Assembly (NCBI GenBank): GCA_048887225.1
Contig: JBHLJY010000010.1
Location: forward strand, 1-64,000
Source: Candidatus Hodarchaeota archaeon
Lineage (GTDB): Archaea; Asgardarchaeota; Lokiarchaeia; Sigyniarchaeales; SOKP01
Direction: 5' to 3'
Length of the DNA stretch: 64,000 nt
Positions 39,729 through 49,778 of this stretch are shown piece after piece (positions within the stretch are counted from its first letter, which is position 1; every line of letters begins with the position of its first letter). The notes under the pieces were generated by a model. It saw only the letters and a list, made by a program, of their open reading frames with translations. It had not been told where the DNA came from and ran no database searches. The position numbers were made by a program, and so were the translations under genes.

Positions 39729-40109
39729 ATGTACTCAGATAAAGTAATGGAACATTTTAAGAATCCTAAGAATATGGGGGAAATGAAAGACGCAGATTCA
39801 GTAGGTGAAGTTGGAAATCCTGTGTGTGGAGATTTAATGTATATTTACATTAAAGTTGGAGAACGAGACGGTCAAGAAATCATAGATGATATTACATTTC
39901 AAACTTTTGGGTGTGGAGCTGCGATTGCTACTTCGAGTATGGTAACTGAAATGGCAAAAGGGAAATCTTTAGATGAGGCAATGGAAATAACCCGCAATGA
40001 CGTTGCCGATGCATTAGATGGGCTCCCTCCGATTAAAATGCATTGTAGTAATTTAGCAGCTGACGGATTGCATGATGCTATTAATAAATATCGTGAAAAA
40101 CAAAAATAA
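39729..40109 (+). CDS. iscU: Fe-S scaffold IscU/NifU
   Basis: YSDKVMEHFKNPKN, GNPVCGD, FGCGAAIA, LPPIKMHCS. Confidence 0.95.
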   Translation: MYSDKVMEHFKNPKNMGEMKDADSVGEVGNPVCGDLMYIYIKVGERDGQEIIDDITFQTFGCGAAIATSSMVTEMAKGKSLDEAMEITRNDVADALDGLPPIKMHCSNLAADGLHDAINKYREKQK

Positions 40110-40180
40110 TTTCTCTTTTTCTTAAACATTAAGTTTTAAATCCTTAAAGCCTATTTTTAAATTATAATCTAGAATTCATT

Positions 40181-40579
40181 TTGAGGTGTCTAACAATATT
40201 ATATTCAGATAAAGTACTTGAACATTTCAAGAATCCTAGAAACATGGGAGAAATGGAAGATGCTGACGCGGTCGGAACCGCAGGTAGTGCGGAATGTGGT
40301 GATTATATGCATGTTTATATTAAAGTTAAAGAAGTAGGCGGTCAAAAAATAATCGATGAGATCACATTTCAGACTTTTGGTTGCGCAGCAGCTATAGCCT
40401 CATCCAGCATTGCCACAGAGATGGCAAAAGGTATTTCTTTAGAAGAGGCCGAAAAAATTACGAAAATGGAAATAGTTGAAGCTTTAAATGGTTTACCCGA
40501 ACCAAAAATTCATTGCAGTGTAATGGTTGCAGATGGATTGAAGGAAGCGATTAGAGTTTATCGAGAAAAGCGAAAATAA
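40181..40579 (+). CDS. iscU: Second IscU/NifU paralog
   Basis: HFKNPRN, GSAECGD, FGCAAAIA, LPEPKIHCS. Confidence 0.92.
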   Translation: MRCLTILYSDKVLEHFKNPRNMGEMEDADAVGTAGSAECGDYMHVYIKVKEVGGQKIIDEITFQTFGCAAAIASSSIATEMAKGISLEEAEKITKMEIVEALNGLPEPKIHCSVMVADGLKEAIRVYREKRK

Positions 40580-40618
40580 CAATTTAATCAAAATATAGTA
40601 TTAACATTAAGAAAAAAT

Positions 40619-41536
40619 ATGAGTAAATCTTCTCCTAGCGGTCATTTGTTTCAATATCGAACAGTCGCTAAAAAGCGACTAATAATATCGTTAGCGATAA
40701 CTTTAACAGTTATGATTATTGAAATAATTGGTGGAATAATTACGAATAGTATCGCCTTAATAAGTGATGCTGGACACATGTTTACTCACGCATTTGCCAT
40801 AAGCATAGGTTTATTCGCAATCATAATAGCACGAAAACCTCCTTGTCATCACAAAACCTATGGAATGTATCGAGCCGAAGTATTAGCTGCATTTATTAAT
40901 GGACTCTTTCTTATTCCGATTGTAGGATTAATAATATATGAGTCAATTATGAGAATTTCATATCCACAAGAAATAAATAGTTTTTATATGTTATTGATAG
41001 CTTTTATTGGACTTGGAGTAAACATTTCAAGTATTATTATTCTTCGAGGAAGCCGTGATAAAAGCCTAAATATTAGAAGTGTGTTTTATCATATGATAGC
41101 AGATGCAGCTTCTTCAATAGGCATTGTATTTGCTTCAATTATAATATTTACTACTGGTTGGACTATCATTGATCCTATAGTAAGTTTAGGGATAGCTATT
41201 GTAATTCTTTATTGGGCATGGGGCATATTAAAGGAGTCTACAAGAATCCTATTAGAAATGGCTCCTAAAGGGATGAATATAGATACTATTAATGCGGATT
41301 TAAAAAGTAATTTTTATGAGATTAAAGAGCTTTATAACGCTCATTTGTGGACAATTTGTCCAGGGATGTTAGTTTTTTCAGCTTATCTAAAGTTAAATGA
41401 TGACATAATTAAAGATCTAAATCAGGAAGACCTAATTAGAAGAATCAATGATTATTTATTCAAAAGATACGAAATTATTGAATCAACAATTCAATTAATG
41501 TCCAAAAATAATGTTGAGAAATGTAATATTATCTAA
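40619..41536 (+). CDS. CDF-family Zn/Co/Cd exporter (CzcD/ZitB-like)
   Basis: SIALISDAGHM, TYGMYRAEVL, HMIAD, DPI, HLW, STIQ. Confidence 0.92.
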   Translation: MSKSSPSGHLFQYRTVAKKRLIISLAITLTVMIIEIIGGIITNSIALISDAGHMFTHAFAISIGLFAIIIARKPPCHHKTYGMYRAEVLAAFINGLFLIPIVGLIIYESIMRISYPQEINSFYMLLIAFIGLGVNISSIIILRGSRDKSLNIRSVFYHMIADAASSIGIVFASIIIFTTGWTIIDPIVSLGIAIVILYWAWGILKESTRILLEMAPKGMNIDTINADLKSNFYEIKELYNAHLWTICPGMLVFSAYLKLNDDIIKDLNQEDLIRRINDYLFKRYEIIESTIQLMSKNNVEKCNII

Positions 41537-41556
41537 TTTATTACAAGAATTTAGAT

Positions 41557-42021
41557 TCAATATTGATTTTTGTGGAGCAAATTTTTGTATGCTTTCGCAC
41601 AATGTTTACAACAAAAATTCAACTCCTTACCATGAATAGTTTCAATATAAAAGTTATTATAAAGATTAACTCCGCAACTTGCGCAAGCTTTTAATTTTGA
41701 TTGGACTGCAACTTCTATTAAATTATCAAATCGTGAAAATATTCTGTCAATAAATTCCGATCCTGAAGTCGTAAGCTGAAATCCTTTTGACCGCTTAGAA
41801 TTGGGACTTAGAACATCCTCAATATAACCCTCTGATTTGAGGTCATTTAAAAAATCATAGATGCCAGTTGGACTTGCAGTTGTCCCCAAATCTTTCTCAA
41901 GAAGCTTTATGATTTGATATCCAGTTATAGAGTTTTTTGATTTTAATAACAATAATATATAGAATCTTGTTATACTTTGAACTTTTATCTTATGTTTTTT
42001 GCTCATTTCAATAACTTTCAA
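41557..42021 (-). CDS. PadR-like wHTH regulator with C-terminal TRASH metal-binding domain
   Basis: TGYQII...IYDFL; CASCG...FCCKHC; divergent from the copA cluster. Confidence 0.8.
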   Translation of the reverse strand: MKVIEMSKKHKIKVQSITRFYILLLLKSKNSITGYQIIKLLEKDLGTTASPTGIYDFLNDLKSEGYIEDVLSPNSKRSKGFQLTTSGSEFIDRIFSRFDNLIEVAVQSKLKACASCGVNLYNNFYIETIHGKELNFCCKHCAKAYKNLLHKNQY

Positions 42022-42152
42022 AATTTATAATTTTTAAAACTCACTCCTATGTATTTTATAAGGATACAAGATATTAAACATTTCGTATATATCTCATAAT
42101 AGTTATATTTATATACTAGTTAGTATATAAAAAGATCAAAAATGGTGATAAT

Positions 42153-42434
42153 ATGATTTTTGACGAGATGCATGAAGATGCGTATCATATGATGGATTGG
42201 TGGATTTACTTATTCGGTCCATTTTGGTGGATCTTTATGTTGCTTGGATGGGTGATTTATTTCGTGGTTAGTATAATTATTGCTTATTATGTCCATAAAG
42301 ATGCCATAAGGAGAGGAATTACTAGTTCTGAAGCATGGTTAATAATAGCTTTTATCTTTAATGTTGTAGGTTTGATACTTTATTTATTAGTAAGAAGTAA
42401 TTATAGCCAGAAACAGAAGGAGAAGACTAGATGA
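42153..42434 (+). CDS. Small membrane protein with His/Met-rich N-terminus (PLDc_N-like)
   Basis: MHEDAYHMM; YVHKDAIRRG...WLII...GLILYLLVR. Confidence 0.65.
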   Translation: MIFDEMHEDAYHMMDWWIYLFGPFWWIFMLLGWVIYFVVSIIIAYYVHKDAIRRGITSSEAWLIIAFIFNVVGLILYLLVRSNYSQKQKEKTR

Positions 42435-42730
42435 TTTTTGACCACATGAATGATCACATGGATGAATCTATGATGAGTTGGAGTTCATATATGTGGTTTT
42501 ATATAATTTTGGGATTATTTATTTTTTTTATAATTGCCATTATCCTTATTTATTTAGTAAATCGAGGATCGCGTAAGGATAAAGAAATTACAAAATTAAG
42601 TCAAGAGTCCATACAAGATGGTGTAGCTGAGGAGATGCAGAGCAAAAATCTATATTTTTGTCCTAATTGTGGTGAAACATTGGAAGATAAAGCTTTAAGA
42701 TATTGTCCATTGTGTGGTAGTGAAATATAA
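42431..42730 (+). CDS. Single-TM protein with His/Met-rich N-terminus and double zinc ribbon
   Basis: HMNDHMDESMM; TM; FCPNCG...YCPLCG. Confidence 0.7.
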   Translation: MIFDHMNDHMDESMMSWSSYMWFYIILGLFIFFIIAIILIYLVNRGSRKDKEITKLSQESIQDGVAEEMQSKNLYFCPNCGETLEDKALRYCPLCGSEI

Positions 42731-42837
42731 ACTTAATTTAAATTATTCCATAAACGCTTATATTTACAAAATATAATAAAAACCAATAAATAATTAATTA
42801 AATAATGTGTATGTGAGAAAAATGAGAGTGATTTTAT

Positions 42838-45800
42838 ATGGAAGAACCGACTGAAGATGATATAAATATTAAACTTGGTGGTATGACATGTGCCAACTGT
42901 GCCTTAAAAATAGAGAATAAGTTGAAAAATCTAGATGGAGTCAGTAGTGCTGTAGTAAATTTTGCTAACGAAGAAGCGACGGTTCAATATAATCCTAATA
43001 TAACAGACTATAATGTTTTTAATAAAGCTATAAAAGATTTAGGATATAAGGCCTCATTATCTAAAATTGATATTAAAGTTATTGATGAGCTTTCAGAAGA
43101 AAAATTTGAGAATTTATTAGAGAATGTAAAAAATATAAGTGGAATACATAATATAAGAGGTAATTATAGGGCGGGTAAACTTTTCATAGAATTTAACGAG
43201 CTAAAGATTGATGAAAATGGCGTATATTCAAAAATAAAACAATTCGGATATAAAATTGAGAAATCTGCTGGTGCTATGGATAAAGAGATCGAAAAGCATA
43301 AAAAAGAATTAAAATATCGACGACGAATTTTTATAACTTCTTTAATTTTTTCGCTAATAATTACGCCTATAAGTTGGTTTATAGTAGAATCATTCGAAAG
43401 AAACTTAATCTTATTCTTTTTAGCCACAATAAATTATGCTATATCAGGATCGTTTTTTTTAAAAGGTGCGTATAAGTCTTTAAAAAATAAATCTACCAAC
43501 ATGGATGTACTAGTAGCGTTAGGAACTACAACAGCGCTTGTTTACTCGATATTAACGACTTTTTTTATATCTGGAAGAACATTTTATGAAGCCATGAGTA
43601 TGATTCTTACTTTCTTATTGATAGGAAAATACCTTGAACACAAAACTAAAGGCCAAACATCTGAAGCTATTAAGAAATTAATCGGTTTACAACCGAAATC
43701 CGCAACAATCTTAAAAGATGGTCAGGAAATAGAGATCCCTCTTGAAGAGATTGAAATAGGAGATATTTTAGTGGTACGACCTGGTGAAAAAATCCCTGTT
43801 GATGGTATAGTAATTCAAGGTAAAACTAAAGTAGATGAGTCAATGATAACAGGTGAAAGCAAATACGTTAAAAAGGAAGTTGATAGCGAAGTAATTGGTG
43901 CGACAGTAAACCAAACTGGTTTAATTCATATGAGAACCGAGAAAATTGGAAAAGATACATTATTATCTCAAATCATTGATTTTGTAAAGCAAGCTCAAAG
44001 TAGGAAAGCTGCAAAGCAACAATTAGCCGATAAAGTCAGTAATTATTTCGTACCTCTTGTTATTATAATTGCTATAGGATCGTTTTTATATTGGTATTTT
44101 ATTGGATCTCTTATGTACCCAGAACTTCAAAGTTCAAGACTCGAAACAGCTTTATTAGTATTTACTTCCGTAGTAGTTATTGCCTGTCCATGTGCTTTAG
44201 GATTGGCTATACCGACAGCTGTGATGGTTGGAACGGGGAAAGGTGCTGAAAATGGGCTCTTAATAAAGGGAGGCGATTCCTTAGAATCTATAAATAACGT
44301 AAATACCATTGTATTTGATAAGACTGGAACATTAACTGTTGGAAAACCAAAAGTTTCTGTGATCTTTGCTGAAAAAGATTTGAAAGGTCAAGGCTATGAT
44401 ACAAAAAAATTATTATATTATGCTGGAAGTGCTGAAATGGGATCAGAACATCCGCTCAGTTTGGCTATAATTGAAGAAGCTAACCAACAAGGACTTTCGC
44501 TCGAAACTCCTTCAGAATTTGATGCTATTCCAGGTAAAGGAATCTCAACAAAAATAGATGGTAAAATTCTACTAATTGGAAATGAAAGACTAATGTTAGA
44601 TAAAAATATCCCAGTAAATGGTTATTCGAATAAATTTAATGAGTTTCAGCAGCAAGGAATAACTTCAATTTTAGTCAGTATTGATAATGAAGTGAAGGGG
44701 ATTATAGGTATTTCAGATAAAATTAAAGATCAAGCACCTTACGCTTTAGATCAATTACGAGGAATGGGGCTAGATATTTATATGCTTACAGGGGATAATA
44801 AACAAACCGCACTAACTATAGGAAAAGAATTAAAAATTGACGAAAAACATATTTTAGCAGAGGTCTTACCAAACGAAAAAGCTCTTACAATTAAAGAACT
44901 TCAAGATTCTGATGAAAATATAAGAGTAGGCATGGTTGGTGATGGAATAAACGACGCACCTGCTTTAGCCCAAGCTGATGTAGGTATAGCTGTAGGCTCA
45001 GGTACAGATGTCGCTATTGAAACAGCAGATATAGTATTAATGAGGGGTGATCTAAGAAATGTCGTTTCTGCGATTAAATTATCTAAAAAAACCTATAAAA
45101 AGATGATAACAAATCTATTTTGGGCTTTCATCTATAATATCATTGGAATTCCACTCGCCGCAGGATTATTATATAGCTTAACAGGATATTTCTTGCCTCC
45201 ATATCTTGCAGCAGTATTTATGGCTACAAGTTCAGTTTCGGTCGTTTCCAATGCGTTGTTTTTAAAAAGATTTGAACCAAAAACTGAGCAGCAAATTGAA
45301 GAAGAAAGATTATTACTTGAGGAAAAAGTAATTGATCCGATATGTGGAATGGAAATAATACCTAGTCAATCAATTGAGTATAAATTTAAAGGTGAAAAAT
45401 ATTATTTTTGCAGTTCATCGTGCGAAATTGAATTTAAACAGAATCCTGGAAAATATAAAGACTTTGACAATATTGATCCTAAACTTATGCATGTGATAAA
45501 AGAAGATTTAGACGAGGGAGAATTAGTAATTGATCCTGTGTGTGGAATGAAAGGAAAGCCAGAAGACTGGATTGAACACGAACACATAGGAGAAAAATAT
45601 TATTTCTGTAATCCATCTTGTCTACAAAAATTTAAAGAAACTCCTGAAAAATTTATAAAAAAGAAAGAAAATAATGAATTAAAAGAAAAAACTAAAATTG
45701 AGGATGATAAGAAAATGGGAAATTTAGAATGTACTAATTGTAGCGTTAAATTGGAACTTCCTCAACATTGTGGGAAGCCTATGCATAAAGAAGGTGACCA

Positions 45801-45882
45801 ACTTGTGTGTTGGATGGGACCCGAATGTGGTTCTCAACCCATCCCTGAACACTGTGGAGCGCCTATGGATGTTAAAGAATAA
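42838..45882 (+). CDS. copA: Cu(I)-exporting P1B-type ATPase with C-terminal YHS/TRASH x2 and Cys/His domain
   Basis: GMTCANC, TGES, CPC, DKTGT, SEHP, GDGIND, YN, MATSS; two DPxCGM...YYFC motifs. Confidence 0.95.
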   Translation: MEEPTEDDINIKLGGMTCANCALKIENKLKNLDGVSSAVVNFANEEATVQYNPNITDYNVFNKAIKDLGYKASLSKIDIKVIDELSEEKFENLLENVKNISGIHNIRGNYRAGKLFIEFNELKIDENGVYSKIKQFGYKIEKSAGAMDKEIEKHKKELKYRRRIFITSLIFSLIITPISWFIVESFERNLILFFLATINYAISGSFFLKGAYKSLKNKSTNMDVLVALGTTTALVYSILTTFFISGRTFYEAMSMILTFLLIGKYLEHKTKGQTSEAIKKLIGLQPKSATILKDGQEIEIPLEEIEIGDILVVRPGEKIPVDGIVIQGKTKVDESMITGESKYVKKEVDSEVIGATVNQTGLIHMRTEKIGKDTLLSQIIDFVKQAQSRKAAKQQLADKVSNYFVPLVIIIAIGSFLYWYFIGSLMYPELQSSRLETALLVFTSVVVIACPCALGLAIPTAVMVGTGKGAENGLLIKGGDSLESINNVNTIVFDKTGTLTVGKPKVSVIFAEKDLKGQGYDTKKLLYYAGSAEMGSEHPLSLAIIEEANQQGLSLETPSEFDAIPGKGISTKIDGKILLIGNERLMLDKNIPVNGYSNKFNEFQQQGITSILVSIDNEVKGIIGISDKIKDQAPYALDQLRGMGLDIYMLTGDNKQTALTIGKELKIDEKHILAEVLPNEKALTIKELQDSDENIRVGMVGDGINDAPALAQADVGIAVGSGTDVAIETADIVLMRGDLRNVVSAIKLSKKTYKKMITNLFWAFIYNIIGIPLAAGLLYSLTGYFLPPYLAAVFMATSSVSVVSNALFLKRFEPKTEQQIEEERLLLEEKVIDPICGMEIIPSQSIEYKFKGEKYYFCSSSCEIEFKQNPGKYKDFDNIDPKLMHVIKEDLDEGELVIDPVCGMKGKPEDWIEHEHIGEKYYFCNPSCLQKFKETPEKFIKKKENNELKEKTKIEDDKKMGNLECTNCSVKLELPQHCGKPMHKEGDQLVCWMGPECGSQPIPEHCGAPMDVKE

Positions 45883-46035
45883 AATATGTATTATTTTTAG
45901 AATATATATAATATATATTTTTAACATCTAAATCAAGCTTTAACAGATTATTTTATAATTTATAACTAAAATTATTAATAGATTTAAAAGTTTCTTTACA
46001 TTGATAAGGAATTAAGATAAATGAGATGATAATAA

Positions 46036-47031
46036 ATGAGATACTACCATGATATTTTAAAGCTAGTTGGTAACACACCTTTAGTTCGTATTAACAAAAT
46101 TAATCCTAATAAAAATGTTCTCATGCTGGCCAAATTAGAGAAATCAAATCCAGCTGGTTCTGTTAAAGATAGAATTGCCGTAAGTATGATTGAAGTAGCT
46201 GAAACCGAGGGCATTTTAACTAAAGATAAAATTATTATTGAACCTAGTTCTGGGAACACTGGTATTGGTTTAGCAATAGTTTGTGCTGTCAAAGATTATA
46301 ATCTAGAAATCGTTATGCCAGAGAATATGTCTCTTGAGCGTAGGAAAGTTATGACAGCGTACGGGGCTAAAATTACATTGACTCCTGGAGATAAAGGTAT
46401 GAATGGTGCTGAAGATTATGTGAAAAAAGTAGTCAAAAAAAATCCAGAAAAATATTTTTATCCTAATCAATTCGCAAATGAGAATAATCCTCTTGCGCAT
46501 TATAGATATACAGCTGAAGAAATTTTAGAGGATACTGATGGTGAAATTGATTACTTCATCGCTGGATTAGGAACTTCTGGCACTTTAATGGGTGTTTCAA
46601 AAAGATTAAAGGAACACAATCCAAATATAAAAATAATCGCAGTTGAGCCCGTTGCTGGTGCTCCTATTCAAGGTTTAAAGAGTTTAGAAACATCATATGT
46701 TCCAGAAATTTACGATGATTCAAGAATAGATGAAAAAATATACGTCGCAATGGAGGATGCGGAACATGCTTCACGAATGTTATCACTTCAAGAAGGGATC
46801 TTTACCGGTATTAGTTCAGGAGCTGCAATGCATGTAGCTATTCAGATTGCCATAGGGATGGAATCTGGGACTTTAGTTGTTTTGCTTCCTGATGGTGGTG
46901 AAAAGTATATCTCTCACCCTATATATATGCCCGAGAAATGCTTGCAATGTGTGAAGAAATGTAAAATATCTACATTATGGGACGAAGATTACATAAAATC
47001 TATTTCTGAATGGTGGACTGATACCCCATAA
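46036..47031 (+). CDS. Cysteine synthase (CysK/CysM family, PLP)
   Basis: GNTPLV, NPAGSVKDR, SSGNTG, NQFAN, GTSGT, GISSGA, PDGGEKY. Confidence 0.93.
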   Translation: MRYYHDILKLVGNTPLVRINKINPNKNVLMLAKLEKSNPAGSVKDRIAVSMIEVAETEGILTKDKIIIEPSSGNTGIGLAIVCAVKDYNLEIVMPENMSLERRKVMTAYGAKITLTPGDKGMNGAEDYVKKVVKKNPEKYFYPNQFANENNPLAHYRYTAEEILEDTDGEIDYFIAGLGTSGTLMGVSKRLKEHNPNIKIIAVEPVAGAPIQGLKSLETSYVPEIYDDSRIDEKIYVAMEDAEHASRMLSLQEGIFTGISSGAAMHVAIQIAIGMESGTLVVLLPDGGEKYISHPIYMPEKCLQCVKKCKISTLWDEDYIKSISEWWTDTP

Positions 47032-47141
47032 ATTATATGTCTAAATAAAATATTATTTTTTAATTTTATAAAATTCAAATAAAAATTTTTAAAAAGTTAC
47101 TAAAATAAGATTTAAATATATATAAGATAATCTAAAAAATT

Positions 47142-47420
47142 ATGAAGTCAGAAAAAGAAATCGATAAAGATCATCTTTTAGATTACATAAAAAAAGCAAT
47201 TAAATTGCTGTGTGAAAAGAATATCTCTGACCTTGTCATTTTATCATCTTATAAGATAAATTCTGTATTAAAGGAGAATTACGGTATTGACATAAAAGTC
47301 GATAAAATTGGGAGAATCTTAAGTAATATAGCTAAACGTAATCAACTAAAAAGACTCAATACTAATATTCCTAAATATAAATTAAAAATATCTAATTTCT
47401 CCAGTTTAAAATTCTTCTAA
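47142..47420 (+). CDS. Small basic hypothetical protein (possible wHTH)
   Basis: ORF in an intergenic slot; helical basic pattern KIGRILSNIAK. Confidence 0.55.
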   Translation: MKSEKEIDKDHLLDYIKKAIKLLCEKNISDLVILSSYKINSVLKENYGIDIKVDKIGRILSNIAKRNQLKRLNTNIPKYKLKISNFSSLKFF

Positions 47421-47492
47421 AATGCTTTACTCTTTATATATTGGCTTATAAAACTAATAGAAAAATATTTTAAAAAAATTCGAATCTATCTA

Positions 47493-48818
47493 CTATTTCG
47501 TTATATAATTGATAATTTTTTGTAATTTTTGAGAGGCTTTACTCATTTGTAAATAAAGTTCATTAATACTATTTAATTCTGTATTCAATTTTTCAATATC
47601 ATTTGCAAAATTCTGTTCCAAGGAAGAGAGATCTGCTGATACAATATTCTCTATCTCGTTAGAGAAATTCTCTAACTCATTTGAGATTGTCGAGATTTTT
47701 TCTATAGTGTTGTTTATCTTTTCTTCTAATTTGAATGTTATATTGTTAGTATTATTAATTTCTTCTGTAATTCCTTTAATATTATTTTCAATTTTATTTA
47801 AGATATTATTAGAATTAATTTCCACAAGATTTATTAAATCATTTGAAATTTCGTCTTTAGATATAGAAAATTGGGTTTTTAAGTCCTTTTGAGCGTCAAT
47901 TCGAGGATCTACATATTTAGCTATATTTTCTTTAAAGTTGTTTGAAATTTCATCTAAATTTCTTTTAAACCAAGTTTCCACTTTAGACATTCCATTAGAG
48001 ATTTTATTTTTCATAATACTTGTTGCATTTCTTATAAGTTTCGAACCGATCAATGATCCTTCTTTAATATCTTTAGTCCAATTACCTAATTGAGATTTAA
48101 AGTTGTCCATAAATATATCTGCGAATTTTGAAGCCCCTTCTTGAAATCCTGAAATTATTGGCTCAACTTCAAGCAAAGTTTCTTCTGGTGCAGGGATCTC
48201 TTGAAGTTCACTCGGAGTTGGTTCTGTTAATTCATTGATTTCTTTGATTAAGATTGGGGCTTTCTTTTGGGTGTCTTCTACAAATTTTTGAACCCATTTA
48301 AAGTACTCAAGAGTATTTGGCAATTCTAACTCGTACACAACTTTATGATATTCAGTATTTTTTTCATCTGAATAATCATTTAATCTAAATATTTCAAAAC
48401 CTAATTTTCCCTCTTTACCCATTAAAGTATGGTCGAAAACTATATAAAAACCATAAGGTTTATTAACATTCTGGAAAAAATGGTGATTTTTAATCGCCGA
48501 GTCACTGAAAAACAAAGACCAACCTGGATGTGATGAGTACCAACCTACGATATTCATATTGTGGCTAGCATATTTATTTTCAATTTGAGTAAATGTATTA
48601 TAATCTTCTGAGGTTAAACCTAAGGAAACCTCTTTCCCATGAGTTATAGGTATGGCATTAATAAGATCTATATCTTTATCGTTTAATTTACCAATACAAA
48701 TTCCCATTACTTCAACACTTTCATCTAGAGCATCGTTCCCAAATCTTAAAACATGTGTAATCATGTTTCTAAACGCTTCCCTTTTAATATATACTTTCCC
48801 GTCTTTTATATTTATCAC
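47493..48818 (-). CDS. MPN-domain protein with degenerate JAMM motif (MPN-) + long coiled coil
   Basis: EVMG...VGWYSSHPGWSLFFSDSA: first His and terminal Asp of HxH-x7-S-x2-D lost. Confidence 0.85.
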   Translation of the reverse strand: MINIKDGKVYIKREAFRNMITHVLRFGNDALDESVEVMGICIGKLNDKDIDLINAIPITHGKEVSLGLTSEDYNTFTQIENKYASHNMNIVGWYSSHPGWSLFFSDSAIKNHHFFQNVNKPYGFYIVFDHTLMGKEGKLGFEIFRLNDYSDEKNTEYHKVVYELELPNTLEYFKWVQKFVEDTQKKAPILIKEINELTEPTPSELQEIPAPEETLLEVEPIISGFQEGASKFADIFMDNFKSQLGNWTKDIKEGSLIGSKLIRNATSIMKNKISNGMSKVETWFKRNLDEISNNFKENIAKYVDPRIDAQKDLKTQFSISKDEISNDLINLVEINSNNILNKIENNIKGITEEINNTNNITFKLEEKINNTIEKISTISNELENFSNEIENIVSADLSSLEQNFANDIEKLNTELNSINELYLQMSKASQKLQKIINYITK

Positions 48819-48985
48819 CTTTTTTTAAATTGGAATATGATAGTATTCAAATCCTTTAAGAAGGAATAGGTTATTCAAATTTTTACTTATATCCTTTTTA
48901 TTTAAAATATTAGTATTAAATAAGAAATTTAAATATAAAACATTTAATCTAAAATGAATAGTAAATATAAAAAAAAACTCTTCTA

Positions 48986-49510
48986 TTAGTACCAATAATC
49001 TAAAAGTTGATGATCCAGTGCGGTTTTGAGGTCATCCACTAAATCAGACCAATCAAGCCGAGGAAATTCCATATCTAATTCTATACCATACTTTTCCTTA
49101 ACTTCTTTTTTTAATGCTCTGATAATAAATTTCTGATAATCATTAAAACTACGTTTATACGTCTCAAGAACGATATGAATATCAATAAAACCCTCTTCAT
49201 ACAAAATCTTTTTTAGTTTGTCATATATATATATACGTTCATTGTAAAATCTATGACGTTTATTAATATTATGAAGCTCCCAAACTTCTACAGAAAATAA
49301 AACTGGTGTTTCTATGCCTTCTAGTCTAATTTCTTCAGCTAGAATATCTATAGATGAATGACCATAATCGGATTCTCCGATATTATGCTTATTCATAAAA
49401 TCGCGCACCCGCTTATTTTTGATTATGTTATCGTACTTTAACTTGTTAATTTTATTTAAATATACTTGTTCAGTACCAAATTTGTCAGTATGAAACATTT
49501 TATTTAACAT
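48986..49510 (-). CDS. Hypothetical protein (possibly 5'-truncated)
   Basis: 174-aa ORF, no recognised motif; open frame extends upstream through CRKC without a start codon. Confidence 0.5.
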   Translation of the reverse strand: MLNKMFHTDKFGTEQVYLNKINKLKYDNIIKNKRVRDFMNKHNIGESDYGHSSIDILAEEIRLEGIETPVLFSVEVWELHNINKRHRFYNERIYIYDKLKKILYEEGFIDIHIVLETYKRSFNDYQKFIIRALKKEVKEKYGIELDMEFPRLDWSDLVDDLKTALDHQLLDYWY

Positions 49511-49778
49511 AAATCGAATTGCTCGTTCATGAGTGATACTTCCGTTTGAGCATTTTCTGCAATAAAATTAATCCTATAATTAATTCTCTTTTTTTTCATT
49601 TCTATCTTATCTCTTGAACTAAATATATGATTCAACCTAAGACTAAATTGAAAAAAAAGAAAAAAAAGTTATATTGTTACTCTTTAAAAATTGCTTTTCG
49701 CTTCATAAATGCAATTAAAGAGAGTATGGCAATAAACGCAAATAGCAGATTGTATATTTTAAGAAAGAGAATTACTCA

